Shown here one piece after another: positions 13,541 through 26,567 of a stretch of DNA of 64,000 nucleotides (the stretch's first letter is position 1; each line of letters opens with the position of its first letter). Made by a program: the position numbers and the translations under genes. This stretch comes from Lama guanicoe. Taxonomy: Eukaryota. Below the pieces are notes generated by a model. That model saw only the letters and a list, made by a program, of their open reading frames with translations, made no database searches and was not told the DNA's origin. The stretch lies in the NCBI GenBank assembly GCA_013239625.1, contig MU053482.1:3371922-3435921 (forward strand), in the 5' to 3' direction.

Positions 13541-15179
13541 GTGCTGTGTACCCCTGATTCCCTCCCTTAGAGCAGGACACCCATTCCACAGATTCTGAGA
13601 GTCTTAGTGCCTCATGTTTTTCAAGTGAGTCCCCCTATAAGAATTGCCATTTATTTAGAACAAAAGCAAAGCCTGTCATTCCTAGAAGAACAGTCAAAAT
13701 ACACTAAAAACAATGCCACTGTCGGTCACTTATAAATAAAAGTGGTCTTTACAGTTGCCATCATAACTGTGCTGATGTCCTAAGTTTAACTTCTTTTTAA
13801 TTTAAACATTTAATTCCCTTTCCACTTAAAAAAGAGAATGACCTAACTTGCATTTATATTGATTACATTTTTTGTCTAAATGAAGCCTTTTTTGGTATTT
13901 GCTTGCTTTTATATCAAACAGTGAGGTTACTGAGAAATCTGCTCTGCCCTCCCTATTCTCCTGGAGGGAGATTTGAGCTCTGTCTGTGCTAATGACACAT
14001 CATTAGCATCCATCCTAGGGCCCAGGGCCAGGACAGGGGTCAGCAGCTGAGTGTTTCTTTGGGATCTGACTGTTCTCAGAACACAGAAACACCACGTGGA
14101 CTGGAGCAGAACTGCAGTTATGTGCGTGGGTCAAAGAGAAATGTCCCTGACAACAACAGCTGGGGTTCTAATTGTGGTTCCCCTGGCAGCTCTGCAAATT
14201 ACATGTGCTCATCCTCCCACATCGCTCCTCAATGCACAATGTCATAGGATGTTTACCGCTTACCTGAGCAGCTGAGCTCCAGAGGGACCAAGGATATAAA
14301 TAAGCAAGACAACGGCAGGACTTGAACTCAAATGTCAGACCACACACATTCCTGAATGAGGCATGACTCCCCTAGAAGCTACCCCTAGACCCCGCTCTAT
14401 GCTCCTACAGGCACTTGTATGTTCCCAACTATGCCAGATTGGAAATAACTCTATAACTCTTGCACTATTCTTGTAACACCTGGGTGGAGTGTGGGGTGCA
14501 TACAGTCCACTACCAGAAACACCTCTTACTGTCAGAGGTTCATGTACACCTGTAGAGCCCAGGGGATTCAGCAAAAGATTTAATTTTCTCATCAAATCAT
14601 TCACTGGTACATACAGAAGTAGGCTTAGATGGGCAAATGGGAGTTCCCTTTGTTCTCTTCACCTCCCTTATGATCCTGTTTCTTTTTTATACTCCTTGGC
14701 CTCCCCCAGGGTCCTAACTCCATTCTAGAACTGTGGCATCATATCCTGAGGTCTTTAGGTCTTACAAAATCAGCAGAGAGAAGCATCCATGAAACAAGGC
14801 ATCCTCTTTCTCATATTGATTGCCTTCCATAGCCTGGAGGTTTTTGTGCTGACAGAGTTTCCGCTATTCAACTGTGACTGTCTAGAGACAAGCCTTCCCT
14901 GCAGGAGGAGGTGGGATTATGTGTAGGAAAGAAGTGGGCGAAGAGGAAAGAAAACCTCATGCAGCTACCATACCCCTTGAGTCTGTGTCCTCTAGTAGAT
15001 GGTGGGCTCTTTGAGGGCAGAGGTGTGCTGTAACGCCTCCTACTCCACACCAAGCACGGAGGCTGCTGCAAAGTCACAGCTCAGTGTGTGCTGGATGAGT
15101 GAAGACACTCAGGCAGAGAAAAGCAGATCTCAAGAGCATTCCGGAACCCAAGCCTCCTTCACAAGTGGCTGGTGTGACC

Positions 15180-15950
15180 TGTTTTTCTCAAATATTTTTA
15201 TTTATTTATTTATTTGTTTGTTTTATTGAAGCGTAGTTGATTTACATTGTTAGTTTCAGGTGTACACCAAAGTGATTCAGTTATACATTTACATACATAT
15301 ATTTTTTTTTCAGATTTTTTTCCATTATATGTTATTATAAGAAGTTGAATATAGTTCCCTGTGCTATACAGTAGGTGCTTGTTCTTTATCTATTTTATAT
15401 ATAGTCATGTATATCTGTTAATCCCAGACTCCTAATTTATCCCTCCCCCTGCCCTTTCCCTTTTGGTAACCATAGTTTGTTTTCTATGTCCATGAGTCTA
15501 TTTTTGGCTTGTAAATAATATTTGTATCAATTTTTTTAGATTCCACGTATAAGTGATATCATATGATATTTGTCTTTCTCTGTCTTACTTCACTCAATAT
15601 GATAATCTCTAGGTTCATCCATGTTGCTGCAAATGGCATTATTTTATTATGTTTTATGGCTGAGTAGTATTTCATTGTGTATATATACCACATCTTCTTT
15701 ATCCAGTCATCTGTTGAAGGACATTTAGGTTGTTTCCGTGTCTTGGCTGTTGTAAACAGCGCTGCTGTGAACATTGGGGTGCATCTGTCTTTTTGAATTA
15801 CAGTTTTCTCTGGATATATGCTGCTACAGGATTGGGATTGGTGGATCATAGGGTAAGTCTATATTCAGTTTTTTAAGGAACCCATACTGTCTCCATAGTG
15901 GCTGCACCAATTTACATTCCCACCAGCAGCATAGGAGGGTTCCCTTTTCT
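15180..15950 (-). mobile_element. 5'-truncated L1 (ORF2 C-terminus + 3'UTR)
   Basis: ORF 15559-15849 reads as ORF2 C-terminus; TSD TGGTGTGACC (15170-15179, 15951-15960). Confidence 0.92.
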
Positions 15951-17480
15951 TGGTGTGACCACTTTTGATTCATTCATTCAGCAACATTAACAACTATCTT
16001 CACCAGCCCTGGGCCAGAGAACAAGGCTTCCTCCCTCACATCAAGGAGCTTCTGAGCAGTTCTGGAGGAACCACATGAGACACACAATCACAGTACTGCC
16101 TCCTCACTACCAGGACACAGGGTGCGGTGGGAGCTCAGGGGAAGGGTCTCCATCCAGACAGGAATTGGAGAAGGCTTCAAGTTCTTTCGAGAAGCTGACA
16201 CGTTCCAGGCCAGAGATGGGGAGAGGACAAGGGATGAGCCAGCAGAGAGGGAGCTGACCGGCAGTGAGGCCAACAAAAAACTTGGCTATTTTCACCAGCC
16301 TCTGGCCAGGAAGGGGGAGTGAGAGGCCTCAAATGGAGTTTTGACACTGTTTTTCTTTCTTCTGGAGAGCTGCCACGTGCCGCCATGGAGAGCATTTCAC
16401 GGGTAGATGCATATTATTCCAGTGTGTTTATCTAGGAAACCGGAGCCCAGCTCCAGCATCTGGTTTTCAGCACAATCCTGAACGAAGTCCAATTTTCCAG
16501 TTGGGTTAATGAAAATAAAACCTGGGAAGCTGTGAGTTGGCTGCATCGGGGGTGAGTCCTGGGCTCATGCAGGGTCACGGACTGCAGGGCCGGAAGGGCT
16601 CGGGCAGGTCATGGATTCCGTGGGACTGGCCGTGAGGCTGGCACCAAAGACGCCCTCTCACAGGGAGGGCGAGCTGCCAGCCTGGCTCCGGGGCACACGC
16701 CTCACGGAGGAATGGATGTCTTTGGATCCCATCTGTCTGAACCTTATGAAAGTTGACCGAGAACCTTCTGTGGCCAAAGCACCAGGCTTTGTAGGGCCGG
16801 GGTGAGATGCAGATGTCCGGAACCAGAGCCTGTCCCTGGCGTCCCGGAGTGCAGCGTAGCCATCAGGAGAAGTCCAGCCAGATTGGCTGACTGATGTGTG
16901 GGACCCATGACAGCCCATGTCAGCAGTCACCACTTTGAACTGTCTGGAGACTTGGGATCTGAGGAGGACCCATTTTATAAAGCCAGCTTAGAAAAAGATA
17001 CAGCTGGGCTTCAGGAGACCTGAAACCCAGAACTGAAAGTCCACACAGCTCTCCTTGCCCCTCATGGCTGCCAGTCCTGCATATTTGTCTCCTTTTCCCG
17101 TCTCACTGCAAACTGGATATCTCTGCTCTCCAGACTGTTCGGTAAGAGAACACGATTGCCCTACCGCTCCTGAGTTCACATCAGCCTCCTTTTCTTGCCC
17201 TTGCGTCTCCATTTCCAGATTCCTTGGGGAAAGGTGTTAATTGGCCCCAACAGATGACGGGCTCACTCTTGGTAAAATCAGCTATGGCTAGGCATCAGAG
17301 CCACACGTGTCAATGGGGCTGAGGGGAGCCCACCCGGAGGTCTTGCCTGGGGCTCTTCTTCATGTAAAGTGCTTACATTACAGTAAGATGCAAGATTACA
17401 GACAGCTGCTTTCACCCACCTCTACTCCTGTGAGGGAGACAGGACAGAGAGGCTTACGCATGAGTGTCAGAAGCAGGGCT

Positions 17481-18322
17481 GCTATGAACACTGCGGTGCA
17501 TGTGTCTTTTTGAAGTAGAATTTCCTCTGGATATATGCCCAGGAGTGAGATTGCTGGATCATATGGTAAGTCTATTTTTAGCTTTTTAAGGGATCTCCGT
17601 ACTGTTTTCCATAATGGTTGCACCAAACTATATTCCCATCAGTGGAGTAGGAGGGTTCCATTTTCTCCACACCCTCTCCAGCATTTATCATTTGTGGACT
17701 TTTTAATAATGACCATTCTGACTAATTCAAAAAGATATATGCACCCCAATGTTCGCGGCAGCACTATTTACAAAAGCCAAGACATGGAAACAACCTAAAT
17801 GTCCATTGACAGATGCTTGGATAAAGAAGATGTGATATGTGTATGTATATTGCTTAGCCATAAAAAAGAATGAAATATTGCCATTTTCAGCAACATGGAT
17901 GGACCTAGAGATTATCATACTAAGTGAAGTAAGCCAAAAAGAGAAAGAAAAATACCATATGATATCACTTATATGTAGAATCTAAACAAAAATGACACAA
18001 ATGAATTATTTACAAAAGAGAAGAAAAAAAAGAGAAATAGACTCAGAGACATAGAAAACAAACTTATGATTACTAAGGAGGAAAAGGAGGGGTGGAGGGG
18101 TAAATTGGAAGCTTGGGATTAGCAGATACTCACTACTGTATATAAAATAGACAAATGACAAGGTTCTACTATACAGCACAGGGAACTATATTCAGTATCT
18201 TGTAATAACCTAGAATGAAAAAGGATATGATAAGGAATATATATATGTATAAGTGAAACATTATGCTGTACACCAGAAATTAACACGCTATAAACAGACT
18301 ATACTTCAATTAAAAAAAAAAA
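17481..18322 (+). mobile_element. L1 with 5' inversion (twin priming) inserted in a MIR
   Basis: Antisense piece 17478-17724 then sense piece to poly(A); TSD AAG(C/T)AGGGCT (17471-17480, 18323-18332). Confidence 0.9.
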
Positions 18323-20044
18323 AAGTAGGGCTAAACCCAGACTCCTAACTCCCAGCCCAGTGCTCTTTCCATTACACCCTGTTCCTTTGGTCCTTATTTG
18401 ACGCCAACAATTGTGAAATAGACTCTGCCCATGCAGTTTCCCCACGGGGGCAGCTCCAGAATGAGCAGTGTTGATTAGAGGGAATTTTGTTGTTGGGCCT
18501 TGGAGCGAGCTGGGGGCCAAATAACAGTGATGGGGCTAGTTGCAGCCTTTGGGGAAGCTACCAGAGGTGTTGGTCATGTCCCAGATAGGATGACCTCTCA
18601 CAGGGCTGTGAGGCTCCCCAGGGGAGGATGCGCCTTTACTCTTGTCTTCTTTACCTGGAGGCTGCTTCTTAAGACAGAATGCAAGGAAGGCCAGGGCAGG
18701 GCAGGGAGGAGGAGCCTCTTTCTCCTGAGTCCTGGCTCAAACTAGAGAGCCATAAAGTGGCTTTTAATGGCGAGGCCTTTCCCTGAGGCTAGAGAGGAGC
18801 ATCCCCAAGCCGGGCCGGAAGCTAGCTCCTGAAGGACCCCACGGAGAAGGAAATTGGGTATCTCCTGGCCATTCACCAAAGCTCCTGACAATGACATTTT
18901 TCTTTAATTCCACCGTCTTGGTGTGGGAAGTGATGCTGATGCCCTCAGGATGTTGTGTACACTTTGCTGCTCCTGCTTCTGTCTCTCTAGCACCTCGGAG
19001 CCTGTAATCACTGATGTTGCCAGGGCCTGAGCCAATCCTTATGGTAGCCTCAGTCCATCCCAGGGCACCTGGAATCATCTTCCTACTGGCAGACCTGGCC
19101 TGGGGAGCACCAGGCTGGGCCCCTGCTTGGGCTCTTCCTGCTTTCCTAGGTTGGGATATCCAGAGAGTGGGCTCCAACCTTGGTCCTTTCTTCCTAGTTC
19201 ACTTGGTTTTACTTCCCAGACCCCAGACTGCCTGTGGCTCCAATTCCACTTACAACCTTTGAACCTGCTGTCCATTCCTCCAGCCACTAATGACGGAAAC
19301 CCTGGGCACCATGATCTAGCTTCGTCTGGTTCTATGTCACTTCTCATCTCTGTCATCTCTGCCTACGGGACCGGCTGTCTTTAATACCAATGCCAATCAG
19401 AAATGCCTTTTTCAGCTACACTGGAACCCATGGCTCAGGGTTAATGAGGAAGCTCTCTCCATCCTCTTGTGCTCCTCTTTTTGACCCTGCCTACTTCTTC
19501 TGTATCACCCATTCCAGTGACACTTCCTGTCCCACCAGATCCTGTCCTAGAGTCTTGTCTCTCCTCTGTTGGTTGTGAGGGTTATTGGGGATCAGTGGGC
19601 AGCAGCCCTTTCCCCAGGGAACAGATCTCCTCCTAGTGCATCAATGAGGAATGCTGACATTTAGAATCAAGTCTATCACATAACTGCATCCCAGAGTACT
19701 GTGGATCATCCTACATCAGCTCATTAACATGAATCTAAACAGGTCTGCCCAAAGTGAAGGAGACAAGCAGACCATATTCCTCATTCTTTTGATTTTAGTT
19801 CTCCCTCCCATCATTGCAGGCAGGGATCACCTGCGTACAGTCCAGGCTGATCTTTCCTAGTCCCTTTCTCAATCCAGGTACTGGAATGAAAATGTTGACA
19901 TCTCTGACCGTGGGTCTATAAGGTTCTTGCAGGTGCAGGGTCTGTTCTGTCTCATCACTTCCTCTTCCTTGGACATGGTTCCTATAGCTTTTGCCCCGGG
20001 CTGAAATTCCCTCATCCATTTAACTACCCACCCACCTGTTCACC

Positions 20045-21075
20045 CACCAATCCATTCATCCATTCAGCAAATGCTCCTGCCAGACCCTGTGCTGGGCAGT
20101 GAGAACACAGTGACGAGTCAGATATGCTTTCTTCCCTCAGGGAGTCTTGTGCCTTGCCTACCTCTGCCCCTCCAGCACCTCTTGGCTGGAGTCACTGATG
20201 TGTCCACCTCTAGGCCTGGGCTCATTCTTGTGGGGATGAAAGACAAAAGCAAGCGAGATGGATCATAAACCTACAAACAGTGCTTAACACTAACTGGCTA
20301 ATTGTTATATAGGAGGTATACGGGACAACGAAAGAGAAGAACAAGGAATTAGGGAGGAGACTTATTTAGAAAGGATGTTGGGAGTAGGCTTTCTGAGGAA
20401 GTGACCTTTTAGCTAAGAGCTGAAAGATATGGTGGAGGATAATATGGGAGGCCCTGAGGTGGGAAAGAAAATATGTTCCAAGGATGGAAAGCAGCATGGC
20501 TGAAGTACAGCAAATCAGAAAGTGGCCTGAAATGAGACCAGGCAGGGAGGTAGAAGACATGCTAAAGCACAGCTTTTTGGCCATGGTGAGGAAGCTGGAA
20601 AGACAAAAGTCTTAAGCAAGGACCGTTGTGATCTGATTTATATTCTTGAAAGATTACTCTAGCTGCTATGTGGACAGTAGACCGGAGAGGGGCCATGCGG
20701 AGGGAGGGAGACTCAATGGGAACTATTGCAGTCTTTCAGCTGAGAGGTGATCGTGGCTTGATCAGATGTCAAGGGACTGGAAACCCATTTTGGATATTGA
20801 ACAGGAAGATCAGATATGGTAGGCAAGGGAGACTCTTATATGACCTGCATGTTTCTGACCCGAGAAACTGGGTGGTGAATAGTGGTGCCATTAACTGAGA
20901 GATAGGAAGATTGCATGCAGAGAAGCGTTGGCGTTTGAGGGCAGAAATCCAGAGTTCAGACTTGGGCAAGTTAAGATCTCCATTAGACATCCAAGTGGGT
21001 GAAGTAGGCAGTTGAAGAAATGGGACTGGAGCTCAAAGAAGAGGTTGGGCTGAAAATAATTCATCAGAGTTACCA
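20045..21075 (-). mobile_element. L2 LINE fragment
   Basis: CATTCATCCATTCAGCAAAT terminus; ATCCAGAGTTCAGACTTGGG..TTAGACATCCAAGTGG..GTAGGCAGTTG motifs. Confidence 0.8.
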
Positions 21076-22609
21076 ATACAGAGAATAATGAGACAGGAGG
21101 GGCACTTTCTGTTTCCCTGGGAACTTTGCACCCAAGCAAGGGTCCTTCATGCTGCCTTGAGGAAAGGGGTGAGCGGTGGGGATCCCAGGACACTTTCCTA
21201 ATGGGAGTGAGAGCTCTTGTGCTCCTGCAGGATCAAGACTGTGCAGGAGAAGTGATTCAATTGGGGCAGGAATTTCTCTTCTCCACTGGGACCAGCCTTT
21301 CCTAGGACTGTTCTAAATTCCATTGGGTTTTTTTTTTTTTTTGCTTTGGCCTGGAAATAACTACTTTTTATGTAAGCCCTTTCAGAAAGTGACGAATTAT
21401 GGAAAAATTCCCTTGGATTGGGATTCAGCAAAGGCAGAAATGGCACATCTCGCTCTGTGGAGTGCGGGCCACCCCCAAGGGCGCACAGAGGCAAGAGAGC
21501 AGGAAAGTGGCTGCAGGTGGCCCGGCTGAGTCCTCCCATTCTTTACTCCTGAGGAACCATGCATAGCTTCACGCGATGTGGAGGGAGGGCAGAGGAGGGC
21601 ACTCGGATGTGTCTGACATCCAAGGCAGGAAGGAAAGAATTGGAAAAGGAGGAGAAAAGGTTATTTCTCTGGGGCAGGAGAACACAGTGTGCTTCTCCAG
21701 CTTCCAGGAGGACTGTTTCCTGCCTGGGGCTCTGCTCTCTCCACGGCTGAGCCCTCTGGGGTAGAAGTCTGTGACTTGATTCCATAGACCCTCCCGCGGA
21801 GGTTCCGCTGCCATCGTTCTTGACTTCTGGAGGGAAACATTTGAGGAAGCAGAGTCCTTTCCCTGCTCCCACAGGCAGAGCTTCCTGAGCTACTTCTGGG
21901 GGATAAAGTGCCTTAACACCTCCCTCCTGCTTCTGCTCCTCATTTCTTTGATTTATTTCTCCCCACCCCCATCTCTGCAGTGCTTTCTCAGATCTTTCCT
22001 TCCTGATTCTCCACCTCACAGTGGGATGAAGTAGTGTGTAGGGGCATCAGTTATAGCTGTACAATGTTGATGGTGGGCACAGAACGTGAGGAAGGAGTAG
22101 AGAAGCTTCTATGCGCACTGACCCCAGAAGGTCTTTCAAGCCCCAAGGCTGAGATACTCAGTAATAAGAAAGGAAGCACAGAGTGGAGATGAACATCTGG
22201 TGAGCAAAGAGAAGGGGACAGCCGTCTCCATGGGCACGTTTGCCAGAAGACAATTTTTAAGGTGGTATGTTGACATGACAGTTGTCAAGGTGATAAAGAA
22301 GAGAGATGAGTGGAAGCGATGTGGAAAGCTCAAGCATCAACTTGGAGAGATGGCAGTGAAAGTGTCCTTCTACCCCACTACCCTCTCCCATCCCCAGGTG
22401 CTTCTCCCTAAAGTTAAAACTTATCCCAACTCTAGGGAGGAGACAATGTAATTGGGAGGCAAGGCAATGGCTGTTGAAAATGTATCACAGAGGTCTCTCT
22501 GGGGCATAGAGTGGCCCAGGAGTGGTTGGCCCAGAAGCTCTGAACAGTAAAACCACCCCTCCCCCTTTCTTTTTTCTCCACTTCTTATGAATTTTGTGGA
22601 ATTAATACG

Positions 22610-23172
22610 ACAAGCTTGGACAAACACTCCAACGGCTTCTCACCTTTCTCAGAGTAAAATCCAAAGTTCTCATCATAAACCTAAGACCCTACGTGGCTCG
22701 GTCTCCCACCACTGCTCCTACTGTCTTCTCCCTTGTTCACTCTATTCCAGCCACACTGGTCTCCTGGCTGTTTCTTGAAGACGCCAGCATGTCAGGCCTC
22801 AGGGTCTTTGCATCTGCTGTTCCCTCTACTTGGAAAGCTCTTCTCTCAGAGATCTGCATGCTCACACCCTCATTCAGGCCACTGTTCAAATGCTACTGAA
22901 CAGAAAAGCTTTCATCATAAATCATAACGTACACAACCTACATAAGCCTCCCCCATTTGTTTATCCATTCTCCATCTCCTTACAAAGCTTAATTTTTCTT
23001 CCTAGCTCTTTATGACCCTGTAACATATTGCAGATCTATCTGTTTAATTCCTGTCTCTCTTTCCCCACTTGAATGTAACTGTTCTGTTCACTACTGCATT
23101 CCTGAAGCCTAAAACAGTGTCTGGCAAATGTAGGAATTCAATAAATATTTGTTAGGTAAGTGAATGAATGAC
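22610..23172 (+). mobile_element. L2 LINE 3' end
   Basis: CCAGCCACACTGGTCTCC..CAGGGTCTTTGCATCTGCTGTTCCC; ends AATAAATATTTGTT..TGAATGAATGA. Confidence 0.85.
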
Positions 23173-23521
23173 TAAGTCTGATGGGAGTAGAGGTTTTGGT
23201 GACTCATTAGCATTGATATGTAATCCACAGAGTGAATGTTTGTCACATTTATCAACATTTTCTTTAAATTAAATCCATTTTCTAATAATCTTGTCTCATC
23301 AGTGCAAGAGACATGCTCAGTGTTGGGCCAAGAGCCAGGCTATTCCTGGAAAGATTAGCAGGACAGGCCAGCAGGGTGATGCCCGAGCTGGGCCCTTAAT
23401 GACTGAGGAGAGGGCCATAGCACTGGGACTTCCAGGATGATCTCACGCTTACTTGAATTCTCCCGGAAGGAAGCCAGAGGAAGGCTATGTCCCCCTCTGT
23501 GGATGAAAGGAAGGGTAGGGA

Positions 23522-23581
23522 TGTATTAGTTAAGGTTCTCCAGAGGAACAGAACCAAATGGATACACACACACATTCACAC

Positions 23582-23621
<40 letters not shown>

Positions 23622-23640
23622 ATCTATCTATCTATCCAGA
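23522..23640 (-). repeat. MLT2-like LTR end carrying a (TA)n(TATC)n microsatellite
   Basis: TGTATTAGTTAAGGTTCTCCAGAGGAACAGAACCAA followed by CA/TA/TATC repeats. Confidence 0.75.
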
Positions 23641-24339
23641 GGTATCAGAAAGCTGGGTGGAGCATGGGCAGGAGATGGGTAAGACTGGAGGGGGATCCAG
23701 TTAAGGGAAAGGAATGGGAGATGAGAGAGGTACAGATTTGAAGAAAGAGAAAGGCAGTGTCAGCGGAAGACCACTGTCATCACAAGATAACGGCTCTAAT
23801 TCCCTGGGCTATAGAGTATATCCTTGTTGCTTATCTGTTTTGTACATATTCCCTCTTCTTTCTTTCCTGCCTTCCTAACCTGGCTCTTCTATTCGCCTTT
23901 CTAGGGAAAGGTGATAGACTGAGCAGCCCTAGATGTGCAAGGGGAGAGCTGGGCTGTGCAGACAATCTGAGGCTTAACAGGTCCTCGATAAATATCTGCC
24001 GAGTAAATAACGGACTCTTGATAAAGGTTCGGAGGAGCAACTTTTCACTCCTTTTTGCTGCCCACAATCCCCTCTCGACTGCACCCCATCAAGTAATAAA
24101 AAGAACTGCAGGAGTCAAGCCAACAGCATTTACAGTGTTTGGTTAAGAACTTACTGCCCACCCCAAGGAGAACTTTTCACCCTTAGCTCTGCCAAAGACC
24201 TTTGACGGATACAAAAGGTATTAGACGGGAAATCGGGAAATTTAAGCCCTAGGGACCGCCAGCCTGTACCAGTGACAGATGTGAAAACGCTTTCAGAACA
24301 TTTTCACTTTTTATGATCCCAACACTATCCCCGTTTTAA

Positions 24340-24760
24340 TAGCTGTGGAAACTAGGATTGCGGGCAGCACTAGATTGATTACACAGCCGGGGAGTGGCAG
24401 CGCAAGCCCTCAGGTGGCTGCGACCATAAGCATCCCGTCTGCGATATTGCTCCAAACACAGTCCGGGATCTCCCGGGGTGGAGGCAGGCAGGCGGACGGC
24501 CCGCCGACCCCTGCGACGGGCTGGGAGGCGCCCCCTGTCGTCCGTCCCTGGGGCCGCCGTTTCTCTGCGCTGCGCTGCCCTCCCGCGGCCGCCTGGGTGA
24601 GCGTCGTCCCGCTGCAGGCGGGTCTGGGCTTCAATGTGCTGCGATGCTGGTGCTGGGGGCTGCTCTCCCCGGGCATGTCTGAGGCTGCTCATTCCACCAC
24701 CTTTCCCCAGAACAGAGAATAGACGCGCCAGGTCGGGCTCTGCTCCAGGCGCTGGGGATA
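24340..24760. promoter_or_regulatory. Orphan CpG island with CTCF-like motif
   Basis: CpG-dense non-repeat block; GCGCCCCCTGTCG (24528-24540) is a reverse CTCF core; donor-like TGG|GTGAGC at 24597. Confidence 0.6.
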
Positions 24761-26279
24761 GAGGGTGGGTCAGATAGCCAAGTTCTTGCTCTCATGGCAG
24801 TTCTGGACCTTTTGTCACCTTTGAAGTCTTGACTAATCTTGCCCTAGATTAGTTTCAGATTTCGCTAAAACAGGGCCCAGAAGGCTCTTCCCTTCCATCC
24901 CGCGATCCCAGTCTCTGCCCTCTGTTAAGGACGGTCTTGGAGGAACTCTGTGCCCGGGGCAAACTATCAGCCTCAGCAGGAACCAGGCCAAGGCTCTTTG
25001 GCCAGAGGTGACACCTCCCCACACCCATCTCTCCCACAGCTTCCTCAGGGAGTTTTACCCTCATTAAGAGTGCCTTTGTCAGGCATGGGCCGTCCTCAGA
25101 GTCTGGCTGCACTCACCCAGAGCAAAGTGTAGCTGAGTTTGAGCTGGTTCCCCTTGCCCCTCCTCTACCAAGCTCTCAGAGAACTCAGTCTCTAATTCCC
25201 CAGTGTCAACCTTCAGCGCCAGCTTGAGCCTTCCTGAACTTTCCCAGTTGTTGGTTCTCTCTGACTGTGCCCTAGTTTCCAATCCTCAGGCTCCTGCTTT
25301 TGCTAAGAGCTCAGGAGCCCAGGTCTAGAGCACCTGAGAAGTGAAACCATGGCTGAAGATGTTCAGGATTCCCAAAGAGCCCTGCTGAGATTGAGGGAGC
25401 CCAGGTTCCAAGATGGGCACATGGAGTCCTGGTGTCCGGTCTGGCTGCTCCTACTTGTTTGCTGTGTGATGTAGGGCAAATCACTTACCATCTCTGGGCT
25501 CAGGTTACTTGTTTGTTCATCTGTCCAATGAGCCTTTTGACTGCTGTTTATCTCCTGGCACCACTGGATAAAGTCTCAGCCCCCCAGCGTGGCATTTCAG
25601 GCCCTTTGCAGTCTGAGCCATCTAGGAGGGAGTGGGATGAGAGGCTTTGCTTCCTGAACTGCTGTTATTCTACCCTGACTGCCTAGTCCTTCCCACACCT
25701 CCCCTGGAGCCACAGCTGGTCTCCTGTCCCAGGCAGGCTGGCCGGGACACACCCAGGGCCCCCGAGTACAGAGAAGCTCTGTCTCTCCCAGAATTTCCTG
25801 GGAATTCTGGCTTCCTGGTGCTAAAAGACTCAAGGGTTTTGGAAGAAGCTCTCCTAGTGCCTGCATTCAGGGTAAACTTAGGGGTCAGGGAGGGGCATGG
25901 AGAAGGAGGTTATAATGAGAAGCAGGGAAGGCCAGCTGACCTGGATGGACAGCCCAGGGAAGAGAAGGAAAGATGGGAGGACAAAGACTTCTCTAGGAGC
26001 CAAAAATAGGAGAGACCTGGAAATGGTTATTGGAAATGAATTGAGTTTGCTACTGCTTTGGTGGCCAGATTTTAGGGGCAAGCACAGCCTGGACATATTG
26101 AGAGGGTGTCCTGTTCCATCACTTGACTGCAGGGGCTTAGCTCAGCGATTGGTGTGTGGCTCAAGAACCATCTACCAAAGTGAATTCCAGACTCGAGCTG
26201 GAACTTTGGGGAAGAGACTTGTTCTTTGCCCACTGGGCTTGTATCTGGAAGATGAAGTCACACACTCACTTCAGCAGCA

Positions 26280-26567
26280 CATATACTGAAACTGGAAGGT
26301 GAAGTCTTGGGGATGCTGGGCATCATTTTCCCTTAGAGGTGAAATCTGAGACTGAAGTCAACACGGAGGAGAGCAGTGCAGAGCTGAGTTAGAATGATGC
26401 TATCAGCCATCATTTGAGCCCCTTATGATGCCTGAAGCTATGCATCCCTGGGACTTTTTAGTTTCATGCACCCACCCCCTCTTTTTTTTTTTTTTTTGGC
26501 TTGAGCCAGTTAGAAATGTGTGTATGTATTTTAATCACTTGCAACCAAAAAAGTTCTATCCAATCTA
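26280..26567 (+). mobile_element. MaLR LTR, MLT1K-like
   Basis: GAAGTCAACACGGAGGAGAGCAG..CATCATTTGAGCCCC..TCACTTGCAACCAAAAAAGTTCT. Confidence 0.65.

Noticed and set aside
24336..24722. ORFs of 88-125 aa over the orphan CpG island
   Set aside because: Same GC-composition effect; no recognisable domain.
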